NCBI GenBank assembly: GCA_946965045.2 | Contig: OX337237.1 | Coordinates: forward strand, 3,348,001 to 3,412,000 | Reading direction: 5' to 3' | Length of the DNA stretch: 64,000 nucleotides | Source: Epithemia pelagica | Lineage: Eukaryota; Protista; Bacillariophyta | Part shown: one piece after another, positions 20,593-31,369 of the stretch | Layout of the letters: each line of letters begins with the position of its first letter | Position numbering within the stretch: the first letter of the stretch is position 1 | Position numbers and translations under genes: made by a program | The notes under the pieces: generated by a model | What the model was told of the DNA's origin: nothing | Seen by the model: the letters and a program-made list of their open reading frames with translations, nothing else | The model's database searches: none

Positions 20593-23346
20593 TTAGACCG
20601 TTGACAGGACAGAATTAGTTTTGTTGGTGGCACCAAAAAATGGGTCAGTGGCAAGTGCAACGACCGGTTCCAGGTCATGTGGTGTTGGTGTCGGTAGCGA
20701 GTCTTGGCGAGTAACGGGTCGATTTGGAATCTGATCTTCGTCGTCGCCTTTGAAAAGGTCCTTCACAAACTCGTCAAACACCAACAGTTTCTTGTATTGC
20801 TGGTAATTCGTAGGAGGGAAGTTTGCCGCTGGTGTATCTTGGAGATACGATCTCTTGATGCCCCATGTACCGATTGGGTTTCCGGTGGCATCGATTTCAT
20901 TGTTGTCACCAGCGAGGGGTCTACTGCGTAGTCGCGCACTTTCGCGAACTTTGGACACGAGGCTTGGCTGGTCCCCAAACGAAGTCCCCGAGGCGATTTG
21001 GGCTTTTACAGGAGCGCCGTTCTGCGAAAAGTCGACAAAGTAGGGGGATGAAATTCCGTTGGCATCCGGTTCGCATGCTTCGTGGGCCTCTCGACGCCAA
21101 TCCCAAAACCGTTTGATCAAGTCATCTCCCAGGCCACCGACGGCCATACGTGGAGAGCCCCAGTCTTCAATGCGATTCGCCTGGCCTTGCATAACACAAG
21201 AGTCTTCCAGAGCAATGTGGTAGTTCCAATTGTTGACCAAAAGAGTGAGGATGGGTCGGACGAGTGGTATCCCTGTGATTGTCGAAAGAATGGGTCCTCT
21301 TGGAAGATGCTGCCGAAGAAGCACCCGCGTTCGATGAGGCGCAACCGGAATAATTTGAAACTCTTCTTCAAATCCACTGACCCCGCCGTGACGAACGATA
21401 TTCGGAGGGTCAAAACGGATAAGCTTTTTTGGTCGTCCATCCTTTTCAATGGATCCCAAATGTCCCATCCCACAGTCATCCGTGAAAGCCTTGAGCTTCA
21501 ATTTTGGTAGATTTGAGTTCTTCATGCCAATACTCTCGATTGGCGGGATACTCCCGTCATGTAGAAAGAACAAGTGCGGAGAATCGAGATTGTTTTCGAC
21601 AATGTACGAGTAGTCGACCGCGTAATCCAGGACGGTGTCGATCGTGACAGTCTCCATATCCCCTTTGCGGCGTGTTGGGAGCAAGGAAGGGTCCGCTTCC
21701 AACACATTGCCCCTCCAAACATAGACCAACCCATCGTGTTCCACAACAGCGCGATTATTCCCACAGTTGGTTTTGGTCACTGACTTGAGAAAGTTGGAGC
21801 TACCCGTCCTCGCCGTGACATTCGCGTCTTCATCAACCGTGTTGAGCGTTGGAATATTGACGCATTCTCCACCCTTTCCAAACCTCCACCCGTGGTAAAA
21901 GCACACGAGTTCGCCATTTTCGACTTTTCCCATGGACAGAGGAACTGATCGATGAGGACATACATCCGCCGTCGCGACAAGCTCACCGGCCGAGTCGCGA
22001 TAGATGACAATGGGCTCTCCCCATAGCCTTGTTCCAAATGGTTTGCCATCTGATGTTTTCCGTCCCAGAACGGCATCCAGCGGCGTCTCGTAACCATCAA
22101 TCTGCCAGGTGTAGGCAACAGCGTACCAGACCTTGTCAAAGCTCGGCTTCTTCAACAGCACCTGGTTATTGCTCTGAGTCGGTGTGTACGACTTGACAAG
22201 GCCGTCGACGCGGCTGCTAATGTGCTGGGCAATCTTCCCTTGTTGAGAAACTTGATCCAGCTGGCCTTGGGCAGTCTTACTGGAACGGGAGGCTGCCAGG
22301 CAAAAGTGGACGGCACCTCCCCATCGGGAACGGTGCTCCAAAAGATCCATGTTTGCCGTCTTGTCAAAGAAGATGGAAGCCTCGTTGGTGAATGGTACAC
22401 TCACAAAGGGTTTGAGACTATCCGTCATGCAAACCATACACTCAGCACCATTGTTTCCCTGTGGGGAACAAAACTCGAAAATATCGGGCATCATGTTGCG
22501 AATAGCGTCCTCATTGACGTAAAATAGAACCGCTTCGGAGACAAACAAGGTGGGAACACCCACTTGGAGTCCTCCTTTCTCTCGTAGTGTGTCAATAATG
22601 CCTACAGGAGAGTCGCCGCCACAGTCATTCAAATCAAATGGGACAAGTTTGGGGCCTTTCCCTTCCAGATCCCAGGTAGGGTCATGCTCGTCTCGAAATT
22701 TCGCGTAGAGCTTCTCCTTGCCAGCGCAGACATCGGGCAGGTCTACTTCCATAAAGTTGATTTTGTCGTCGTGTGCGTGACGAAATCTCAAGGATCTCGT
22801 ATCGTATCCTGCACCGAACAAGACGATATTACACTCGACGGCATTTCCAGACTCATCGGTACATGCTGGACTTGTTAAAAAGTGGTCGACTGCTTTGTCA
22901 ATAAAGTCTGTTCGTGCTTGAATCCATTCGGTAAACTTGACAATGGGATCGAACAAACGACTGCCACCCTCGGTGGTAACCAGACCGCGTGTGGTCGGTG
23001 GAAGAAACTTTTGCGCTACATCATCTTGGATCATACCTCTCTGGTTCAGGAGAGCTCTCACCCAAAGAACTCGAAGGTTCTTGCTGGAATCACTAATCGG
23101 ATCCGGATCGAACGCATGAAGGAGGCCAAACGCAGCACCAGTAAAAGCATCGGAAAGGATTCCAAACATGTTTTGTGAATCGGCCTCGCTGGTCTGTCCG
23201 GGTGCTTGCTGCAGTCTACTAGAGCTCGAAGGCAGGCCCGTGGCGCTAATACGAGCCGCCAAGTGTACAGGAGCCGTAAAAGCATGCGAGCTGACGGCAA
23301 AGAAAAGACCGAGACAAATCAGAACGGATCTCTTATGAGGCATCAT
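20593..23346 (-). CDS. Plastid-targeted fusion: LCM/TcmP-type SAM-dependent carboxyl methyltransferase + Rieske [2Fe-2S] + CAO/PAO-type mononuclear-iron oxygenase domain (917 aa)
   Basis: Bipartite presequence MMPHKRSVLICLGLFFAVSSHA-FTAP. LCM motifs ARTDFID, IVLFGAGYDTR, FMEVDLP, VPFDL, PTLFVSEAVLFY. Rieske CPHRSVPLSMG...CFYHGWRF. Fe site ENNLDSPHLFFLH plus distal ALEDS..GQ. Single uninterrupted ORF. Confidence 0.9.
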   Translation of the reverse strand: MMPHKRSVLICLGLFFAVSSHAFTAPVHLAARISATGLPSSSSRLQQAPGQTSEADSQNMFGILSDAFTGAAFGLLHAFDPDPISDSSKNLRVLWVRALLNQRGMIQDDVAQKFLPPTTRGLVTTEGGSRLFDPIVKFTEWIQARTDFIDKAVDHFLTSPACTDESGNAVECNIVLFGAGYDTRSLRFRHAHDDKINFMEVDLPDVCAGKEKLYAKFRDEHDPTWDLEGKGPKLVPFDLNDCGGDSPVGIIDTLREKGGLQVGVPTLFVSEAVLFYVNEDAIRNMMPDIFEFCSPQGNNGAECMVCMTDSLKPFVSVPFTNEASIFFDKTANMDLLEHRSRWGGAVHFCLAASRSSKTAQGQLDQVSQQGKIAQHISSRVDGLVKSYTPTQSNNQVLLKKPSFDKVWYAVAYTWQIDGYETPLDAVLGRKTSDGKPFGTRLWGEPIVIYRDSAGELVATADVCPHRSVPLSMGKVENGELVCFYHGWRFGKGGECVNIPTLNTVDEDANVTARTGSSNFLKSVTKTNCGNNRAVVEHDGLVYVWRGNVLEADPSLLPTRRKGDMETVTIDTVLDYAVDYSYIVENNLDSPHLFFLHDGSIPPIESIGMKNSNLPKLKLKAFTDDCGMGHLGSIEKDGRPKKLIRFDPPNIVRHGGVSGFEEEFQIIPVAPHRTRVLLRQHLPRGPILSTITGIPLVRPILTLLVNNWNYHIALEDSCVMQGQANRIEDWGSPRMAVGGLGDDLIKRFWDWRREAHEACEPDANGISSPYFVDFSQNGAPVKAQIASGTSFGDQPSLVSKVRESARLRSRPLAGDNNEIDATGNPIGTWGIKRSYLQDTPAANFPPTNYQQYKKLLVFDEFVKDLFKGDDEDQIPNRPVTRQDSLPTPTPHDLEPVVALATDPFFGATNKTNSVLSTV

Positions 23347-23759
23347 GGCCCCTCGTTTAGCTCTGTTGGTGTCGGCAATCGAAAAAAGGTATCTTGGTGG
23401 TTGTTGTTTTGATTGGGCACGGGGCACGGTGAGTGCCGATTCTCGAAATCTTCTTGGATGCATGTTCAAGATGTCAAGAATTCGGGTTCGGTCCATCTGC
23501 TACAGATGGTATCTTGTAGAGTAGTGTACTTTTTAAAGGAGGGTCCCCCGGCGCGTAGGTCATGAATACGCGTGGAAGCTTTTGAGACACTCCGTCTCAA
23601 GTCTCAAAAGCATTTATGACTGCCATAGTATGGCATATTCCACACAGTCTCCACGCAAAGGGCTTCCACGCGTTTTGCTCTGTTACAAACATATCCTCTC
23701 CGAGAGGATATGTCCTCTCGTGCTGCTATTTCTTGTCGACGTTATAAAGCGCCGGGACC

Positions 23760-24842
23760 ATGACAACGACTCTGCAAAAGCAAGCATGGCAGTCGGGCCT
23801 TGTCCTTGTAGATGACACAGAAGAATGGAATGAAAGAGACTGGCCTCCTCTCGAGGGAGGATGGCGTATGGGTCATGCTTCGGTCGTACTGAATCATACC
23901 GATAACAACCAGGAACAAACCGTCGTCGTGTTGGGCGGATATCAAGCAGGCCAGGGCAGTGTCGATTCCATTCTTGTATTGAACTTGGCAGAATCAAACA
24001 AGCAGTGGCGAGAAGGGCCACCCATGAACAAGAAACGTTGTGGGCATGCCGCTGTTGTGTGCAAAGGAGGTGTTTATGTTGTTGGAGGAGAATACAATAA
24101 TAGCTATTCAAGTTTGAATTGCATCGAAAGAATTGATTACAATGATTTGCTGCAACCAATTTTGACTTCAAGCAGCACACATGAGAGTCATTGGACAACA
24201 TTGACATGTCGATTATCAACGGGCGGGTGTGGATGTTGTGCTATTGCGGTTCACAACCGTTACATCGTTGTAATGGGTGGCTACAACGATCGTTGTTCGT
24301 CCTCAGTCGATATTGTTGATACCAGGAATGAAACTGTCACTGCTGGACCATCCATGACTGTTCCTCGACAATTATGTGCCAGTGCGGCAATTGGTCACCG
24401 CATTTTTCTCGTTGGAGGCCAAAACGAGAGTGGCAATCTTGACTCGGTGGAGTACATTGACTTTGCAATGATTTGTGATAATGAAAAGACAAGAAAGGAA
24501 ACTGGCTCGACGTTCATTTCTTTCTCACCCACTTGGACCACTCATTCGGAGTTGGGGCTTTCCAATGCAAGCAGCTTTTGTGCAATTGTCGCCGTGGGAT
24601 CGTGTCTGGTTGTTGCCGGAGAAAAGCTTCAAACCCTCGAAGTCTTGGACACGCACCGCAACCGCGTTTGGAATCTGCCACCATTCGGACATGACCGCGA
24701 TGGCAGCATTATGGTGACTGCTGCCAATCAAGTTGCCGTTATAAGTGGCTTTGGCAATCCTTCCTGTGCAACATTAGGAATAATCGACAAGAATACATGG
24801 TGTTTTCGTCGACTCTGTGAGCAAGAGCCCAGCGGATGGTAG
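23760..24842 (+). CDS. Kelch-repeat beta-propeller protein, copy K1 (360 aa)
   Basis: Six blades with GG motifs (VVVLGGY, VYVVGGE, IVVMGGY, IFLVGGQ, LVVAGE, VAVISG) and W..GP.M..R spacing; no BTB or F-box seen. Confidence 0.9.
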   Translation: MTTTLQKQAWQSGLVLVDDTEEWNERDWPPLEGGWRMGHASVVLNHTDNNQEQTVVVLGGYQAGQGSVDSILVLNLAESNKQWREGPPMNKKRCGHAAVVCKGGVYVVGGEYNNSYSSLNCIERIDYNDLLQPILTSSSTHESHWTTLTCRLSTGGCGCCAIAVHNRYIVVMGGYNDRCSSSVDIVDTRNETVTAGPSMTVPRQLCASAAIGHRIFLVGGQNESGNLDSVEYIDFAMICDNEKTRKETGSTFISFSPTWTTHSELGLSNASSFCAIVAVGSCLVVAGEKLQTLEVLDTHRNRVWNLPPFGHDRDGSIMVTAANQVAVISGFGNPSCATLGIIDKNTWCFRRLCEQEPSGW

Positions 24843-24929
24843 TGGAAGGAATGAGTATCCGAGATGCTGATATCTCACCCCTCTCCATCTCGACATCAGC
24901 TTAAAAACGAGCAAGGCCCAATACGCGTG

Positions 24930-26100
24930 TCATGGTGACAAAGGGAAGGATCAAGCCTAGCCGTTTATTTCTCGAGTGATGGACTTGTTTTCTACATTCG
25001 ATTGCAATCCTAGAAACTTGTATTAAGTGTTTACACAAAAGTAGAAACAATATGTCGCAAGATAGAAGGTGCTTGTTTTTTTGTCAAAGGCGGGGAAGGA
25101 ACGCCCGATTTGTGTACCTCTACAAGTGCTGGTACTACGCTTCGGCCATTACCTGTACCTCCTGTCAGTTGTGGGACAGTGCCACCACCGTGACTGTGCA
25201 GTAGTGACCAGAATCGGGTACTTTGCGGTGGCATCATGGCTCTCTACATAGCACAGAGTCGTTCTCCATGGATTGGTAGCTGTGGCAGGGAGGCCACCAA
25301 CCGGTGAGAGGAGCAGGAACAGAAGCACGCCAAGGCGAAACCTTGTTGGACCTGATGTTGTCCGCTTCGAATGGTTCTTCTTCGAAAGATGGCAAGGGGT
25401 CGAGTTTGGATGAAAGTAAGGAGGGAGGACCGTATCATATCCAATTCCGACATGATGGCCAAGAACAGGTTGTCCCTTTCGGAGGAGTCTCCGTGCTCCA
25501 GTCGCGATGCCTTCTTCTAGCTGCTGTTGCATGTGAATCGCAATACGTTGCTGCACTTGTCATGTGATGTCAAGCCGGAATGGCCCAATGAAGATGACGA
25601 GTCCAAGAAGATCCCCACCAAATCGGATCGAAGATCGTGCCAGTTGTCGCAATGGACCAGAACGAAAACAAGGAATCGAGTCTCGACGTTGCGACGAGAC
25701 AGACAGGACACCTCCCCCCACCACTACTTTCTGTCGCAGCATTGCTCGTTCAATTGCTCATGCCTGGAAACATGCCGCTCCCCATCGCGATGTCTTGCCC
25801 CTCAATGCCAGTTCCCCGGAAACCTTGTTGCACGATTACGACAACACTGTCGAACAGCAGTGTTGGACCTTGACCACTACATCCTTTGTGCATCGTACCG
25901 AACTCAGCAGCAGCAGCACCAACAACACAACCACGACAACGAACGCCGCCGATCATGTCTTGGCCATTATGGAAGCCTTGTCACCCACACCGTATGAATG
26001 GATGTTCGAACACGAGTCGCCCGAAGCGGTTGTGTGGTCGAATGGTTTTGCTCGTCGGTGTCGAAATGGCGAAATTCGTGTGTCTGCTTCTTGTTTGTCG
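24930..26100. repeat. Segmental duplication, highly similar to ~62010-63170 (downstream modules of K1 and K7)
   Basis: Long shared stretches such as CTAGCTGCTGTTG(C/T)ATGTGAATCGCAATACG...GAAATGGCGAAATTCGTGTGTCTGCTT. Confidence 0.9.
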
Positions 26101-27439
26101 TGGAATCGCCCGACCGTCTGGCTCGCTTATCACGCTGATTGGGTGGAGTGTGGGTCGCTTCGACATTTGGTGCAATCACCACAACGCTGTCCCTGGTGTG
26201 CACCAGACACCAACACGCTCTGTATCAACCACTCATGTGTGTGGCTTCTGTGGTCATCCCAGCGAATCAAATATACCTGGACAGGAACTGAAGGAAACTC
26301 TCATGCCGTTGTGTACAACCAGCATGTGTCCGCACAGGAAGGGGGCGTCGGGATTTGCCGGGGATCCGACCAAGTCGACCGCAATCACACGACAATTCCC
26401 AAATCTTGATTTCCGTCCTCATCCACTCGCACTGGAATAGTTGCTTGTGTCAAGCAAGCAGGGAAACAGATGGATCCAAGCGACGACTCATCTGGTCCAC
26501 TTTTCCTGTTGATGGAAATCTTGTTGGTTGATCAGCGCATGTTGTGGATTTTGTTGCTGTCGATTTGGGAATGGAAACAAAAGCAGCAGAGTGTCAGGAA
26601 TGGTTGATGCCTTTCCACTTTTCTCATCCTCCTCTTAGAAGAACGGCCATTGTTTCCGTTGAAAATTGTAGTGGGTCGCTGGATTCTCGTCTATCGTAGT
26701 CTGCAGGGAGGAGCGACGGCTCCAGACCATGGCCATTATTTGTGTTTGTGGTGTCATTGGTCGGAATGACTCCCCATCGAAAGCTATCGTATCTTTGCCG
26801 CGATTTGCATTCTGATTTCTTGCAGAGATTTGAACCGGATCGCGCGGGATTTTAGAGAAGCTCTGCTAGCCGTGCTACCTTGTAGCTATGAGGTGTGATT
26901 TTCGGAGGGCATGAGTAACGCTATAATCTATGGCACATTTAGTATGACAAAACCTGTGGTTGTTGTCCATCTAAAAGTTTGTACCATCCATGAGAGCTGG
27001 CTACATGACACTCTTTGTACCCACCTTGGAATGTGGTTGTTTGTATTCGGACTTGGTTTGTAACAAGCAAAAGCTATGCTGTTCCATCCATCAGGACGCG
27101 ACATACACCTCTTGTTTTGGAACCTGACTCCTCGTTGTCATAGCGACGGTCATGATATTGCATGCGTACCAAATGGTCAGTCATTCTTGGAAGGTTTGCG
27201 TCGTTTCCTTTGCCTAGGCAAAGGATCAGGCAAAGGATCCTGGTGCGAGGTATAATCTTCGTTGCACCGGCGCTCTCGTGTAGTTGAGAGAGCGTGTTCC
27301 TGATGGATTTTGAAACAAGAGATCACCTCTTTTGCGACCTCTGCCATGTTACCAACCAACTGTTTGTATCTGGAATCTGTTGCGTTCAAGTCCGCATAGC
27401 AACAACAACCAGGCAACCGCTTAGGTCCAGTTCAAGAAG

Positions 27440-30391
27440 TCACACATGAATTTTTCCTACCGGTGTTGTCGGGAAACACTTACCATAGACATTTCCGCCA
27501 CCAATGGTACACCTATGTATGGACGGTAGTTTAGTTGGAAACAAACCAATGAAATCATTGATCCATTCGCTCGCATCCCGAGTACAAATTGCCGGTGTTG
27601 ACGCACTCGCTGTAGAGCGACAGGGCGGAAGAACCCATTGGCATCCTGGGAAGGCGTCCACTACCACTGGACTGAGAATCGAATGTGGGCAAGCCATTTC
27701 ATTCCGAGATAATGCACAGAGAAGTTCAGCAATCGGCCATTTCTTTTGGACATAATGTGTAGTTGTCACACACACAACCACTCCTGCTGTTAATACATGC
27801 GTCAACATGGTCACTTCCGGATCTGGCTGTTGTCCGGGCTTCATGGTCTTCTCTGCCACAAAGATATTGAGTGTGTTGCCGCCACCAGCTGCGATTTGCA
27901 ACTGATCCTCCAAACTGGTGACGTAGTCAAACTCACGTTCTTTCCGAACTTCCCCAGCAAAAGAAATGAAAATGTCGTGTTCCGGTTTCTGGTTTTCAGA
28001 AGGAAGCTTGCCAAGCATCATCTTTGCCACCTCAATTCCAAATCTCAAAATTTCTTGAAGCTTCTCTTTCTGGTGTTCAGACATCTGTTTCAGTGCCTCT
28101 GTTCCACACATCTTAAGTCGTATCTTATTGATTTTTGCAAGTACCGCCGATACTTCCAAAAGTCGTTCGCCGTGTTCGACAAAGCTCCATGACCGCATCG
28201 AATCTAACTTGGTAATCAGAGTATGCCCAATTAGAAAGGTAAGATCAAGAGATGTATCCAAACATTCCACGTCTTCACTTATTCGCGCAATAATCAGCCC
28301 AAGGAAGTTGACATTCTCGCCCATTAGCGAATTACTTTTGGTTTTGGTAATGAGACTGCATTCTTGAGTTATTTCGTTGCTCGTGGCCTGATAACGACCG
28401 GCTGTTAACAACGGAACGTTGGGTCGATGAATAGAGGAAGAAAGAGCATTTTCTTGATTTGTTCCGACATGAATGGTGTGCCATGGACGACCATCAATGG
28501 AAAGAAACAACCTCCGAAATGCTTCATCAGATAAGGGCATGTGGGAGATAGAGAACCAAGACCATGTGGTGTTTCCTTCCAAAAAGTTACGCAGTAACCG
28601 TGCTCCCAGCTGGCCAATCTCGGTATGGGATAAATTCATACATCGCCAATCACGATTGCTCTTCATACCTTCAACCAGCGCCTTGAATCCAGTGTCATTT
28701 AGATGTGTGTGCGCTAGATCAAAGATTTGCCATTGAGGACTGTTTTGTAACAGGTCCGCAACGGCATTGGCTCCCTCCTCCCCAATGTCCAGATGACTCA
28801 ACGACAAACGAACCCAATCGACATGGTCTTGTCGTCTAGATGCAAGAACGGCTGATGGCATGGAAGCACTGGTGCTGTTAATGTTCTTAGCTGATGCACC
28901 GTCACCTTGGATTGACTGGATCATTCGAAGGGCTGCGGGAAAGGTCAACCGTGGCGTGTGGTGCAGTGAAATGGTCCGAGGAATGGTAAACCGTCGACCG
29001 ACACGGAGTGCCCGATTTGAAGCCAGCATGCACAAATCCATCGATTGCCAGCATTGTCCCAAATACTCTGCCATTTCCAGGGCATCGGTTGCTTTGACGT
29101 GATTGGTAAGGAATAAATTCGTAATGGTTTCTGCCGTCAGTCCAATTTCGCCTGGATGATTCTCTAGCAAAAAGGGCAGGTGCTGAATGAGGTCGGGTTT
29201 GTCGCCACGCTTGGACGGAAACCAAAGCACCAACGAGTTCCAATTCTTCACCAACTGTTGGAGAATGGCAGGACCAACCTTGAGCCACGGCCCAATTTCG
29301 TGATATTCTACATGTAAAACAAACCGTTCCCAGCTTGGTGACGTTTTTAACAGATTGGCCAACATTTCCACCCCTTGGTCGGGAGTGTCATCAGGGAGAC
29401 TCAAAACAAAATATTTCCAAGAGGTTTGTCGACGGAGACCCTTGGCTAGTATGTCGGCATGTGTTGCCTTTTCTAAATCCATATCAAACACTCGCCAGAC
29501 TGAGTTGCCATGCAGTGATTTGGCAATGGATACCAGTTCTCCATCAAAATCATATGGACATGTATAGCGAAACGTTTCCCAGCATTGATTGCAACGCAAG
29601 GCACATGACAATGCTTCCAATTCATAGTCGCGGATCCTCTGAACCCGTGTACCATATCGTACCTCAAGTTGGAAAGATTTCCATGTTTTGTTGACACTCA
29701 AGGCTTCACCCAAGGCTTTGACTCCATTCACAGAAGAAAACTGTATGTCCCAGAGCTCGAAGTTGGTCCATTGGGTATTTTGTTGCAGTGCTTTTGCCAG
29801 TGCGTCAACTCCTTCATCTTCAAGGTTCGTTTCATAAAGCACTAAGTTCTTCCAAGCATGATTGTTGCTCAAAACGCCAACCAGTGCTTTCAATCCACGC
29901 GATCCAAAATCGCATTTATAACTCACCAAGGTGTCCCAGGACGGATTCGTATAGAGGGCATTTGCCAACCGAACCGCCGTTTGGTCGTCCAGGCCTTTGA
30001 CGCCAGACAAGCCTAGCCATGGAATTGGTGCGGTGGTTTGGATGAATGCCCGGGCGAGCGCTTCAATGCCCACGTCACCGATATCCGTATCTTCGAGGAA
30101 CAGAAAGGACCAATCCACATTAGCACGTCCTCTGCCCCTGACATCTCTATCCAAATCGAGAATGGCTTGTGCAGTGCGGTCAATGGCTTTGGTGTTGGTC
30201 AATCTTGGCAAAAACGGTTCTTTCCCAAAGTGCTCCACCATTCGTTGTTTCATCTTGGGGCTGATCCGGGTACGTCGCAATCGATATGGATCGCATTCGT
30301 TCATTTCAGGGTTGTTTACGTCCATTGTCGTTTCTGGAAGAGGCATGGTGCGGTCCATTGGCTCGTTGAGGTCGAAAGTCGTTGTTGTCAT
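27440..30391 (-). CDS. RI-like LRR protein with C-terminal TIR domain (983 aa; a short extra 3' exon near 27177-27420 is possible)
   Basis: ~28-aa LRRs (LEDTDIGDVGIEALARAF, LYETNLEDEGVDALAKALQQN, LAHTHLNDTGFKALVEGMKSN). TIR signature HDIFISFAG...IFVAE.....VVVCVTT..Y..KKWPIAEL with the conserved Glu. GTAAGT donor near 27474. Confidence 0.85.
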   Translation of the reverse strand: MTTTTFDLNEPMDRTMPLPETTMDVNNPEMNECDPYRLRRTRISPKMKQRMVEHFGKEPFLPRLTNTKAIDRTAQAILDLDRDVRGRGRANVDWSFLFLEDTDIGDVGIEALARAFIQTTAPIPWLGLSGVKGLDDQTAVRLANALYTNPSWDTLVSYKCDFGSRGLKALVGVLSNNHAWKNLVLYETNLEDEGVDALAKALQQNTQWTNFELWDIQFSSVNGVKALGEALSVNKTWKSFQLEVRYGTRVQRIRDYELEALSCALRCNQCWETFRYTCPYDFDGELVSIAKSLHGNSVWRVFDMDLEKATHADILAKGLRRQTSWKYFVLSLPDDTPDQGVEMLANLLKTSPSWERFVLHVEYHEIGPWLKVGPAILQQLVKNWNSLVLWFPSKRGDKPDLIQHLPFLLENHPGEIGLTAETITNLFLTNHVKATDALEMAEYLGQCWQSMDLCMLASNRALRVGRRFTIPRTISLHHTPRLTFPAALRMIQSIQGDGASAKNINSTSASMPSAVLASRRQDHVDWVRLSLSHLDIGEEGANAVADLLQNSPQWQIFDLAHTHLNDTGFKALVEGMKSNRDWRCMNLSHTEIGQLGARLLRNFLEGNTTWSWFSISHMPLSDEAFRRLFLSIDGRPWHTIHVGTNQENALSSSIHRPNVPLLTAGRYQATSNEITQECSLITKTKSNSLMGENVNFLGLIIARISEDVECLDTSLDLTFLIGHTLITKLDSMRSWSFVEHGERLLEVSAVLAKINKIRLKMCGTEALKQMSEHQKEKLQEILRFGIEVAKMMLGKLPSENQKPEHDIFISFAGEVRKEREFDYVTSLEDQLQIAAGGGNTLNIFVAEKTMKPGQQPDPEVTMLTHVLTAGVVVCVTTTHYVQKKWPIAELLCALSRNEMACPHSILSPVVVDAFPGCQWVLPPCRSTASASTPAICTRDASEWINDFIGLFPTKLPSIHRCTIGGGNVYGKCFPTTPVGKIHV

Positions 30392-31369
30392 CGTTTTAAT
30401 AGATATATGATTCCTATATCATGCACAGAGAGGCCAAAAAGATCTTGTGTTCGTGGTTCGTGATGCCATTCCAGCACCTCGGCGGGGAACATGTGAATGC
30501 GTACAGTCTTCTCTATTCTGGTGAGTATGCGAAGCGCGAGGAATCCTTCATGGGTCGCAGCAAAAGTCGCAACCTCCTCGCAACCTCCTGTTGTGAGGGG
30601 GTTCGGATTCTCAGACAGACAATGTCAGTTCTGTGTCGTCATCTACAGCATCGGCATAGAGTGATCCTTACATGTGACACAACACGAGACAGAAAAGGAG
30701 ATAGAGAGAAGACGAAAGACGAACCATCGTTACTGTTCGACGGCCAGACGAAGTATGTGTGGTCGATGGTCGACGACAATGGACGAGATGGACCGACTGT
30801 CGGTGTGTTCCACGGCTGGAAGCTTTTCAACGAATTGCGTACCTATACAGCAATTGGTCCGGTGTCCTTACCGACATGCTCGTTCGTCTTTACTTTTGTC
30901 GGTGCTTTTCGTAGAAGACGCCGAACGAGGTTCACCGTTTGCCTGCACCGTACCAAGCCATGTCAGCCTTGGCCCTTTTTATTGCTGGTGTTTTTCGCGA
31001 GAGGCACCACGAAACGCTCTACTAATACTTGGGCGACGCATCCCAACGGACCTGAGCCAGTAAAACGACAACAACTGGCCTCCTGTCGAACGACGATCGA
31101 CGTTTGTACGGTCCAGTAGCTCAAGCAAGTTCAGTGTCGTTGCTTCTCGGTCGACTCGGCGTTCGTTTGGAACCAACAACCAGACAGACTGTGGAGCATT
31201 CATTGCATGGTTGGATATTCCATGGCACTGTGATTCTGATGCGTGGAAATGCCAACCAGATCACGAAAATACTCTACTCAACCACCCATTTCAAGTGACA
31301 CCAGCAACAACCACAAAACATCACCTTCATCACTGTTATGGGCATTCTCCGTTTACGCTTCAAGGGCTG

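Noticed and set aside
23760-24842. Kelch genes as galactose oxidase, sialidase or KEAP1/BTB-kelch orthologs
   Set aside because: There is no signal peptide, no BTB/BACK or F-box domain and no recognisable catalytic residues; only the generic propeller is supported.
25564-26409. 281-aa plus-strand ORF (and 62610..63314) as a real gene
   Set aside because: The duplicate copy diverges into unrelated sequence mid-ORF, there is no recognisable domain, and openness is explained by recent duplication.
30421-31119. 232-aa ORF upstream of the LRR-TIR gene
   Set aside because: It has no motifs, its composition looks non-coding, and it overlaps the expected promoter region.
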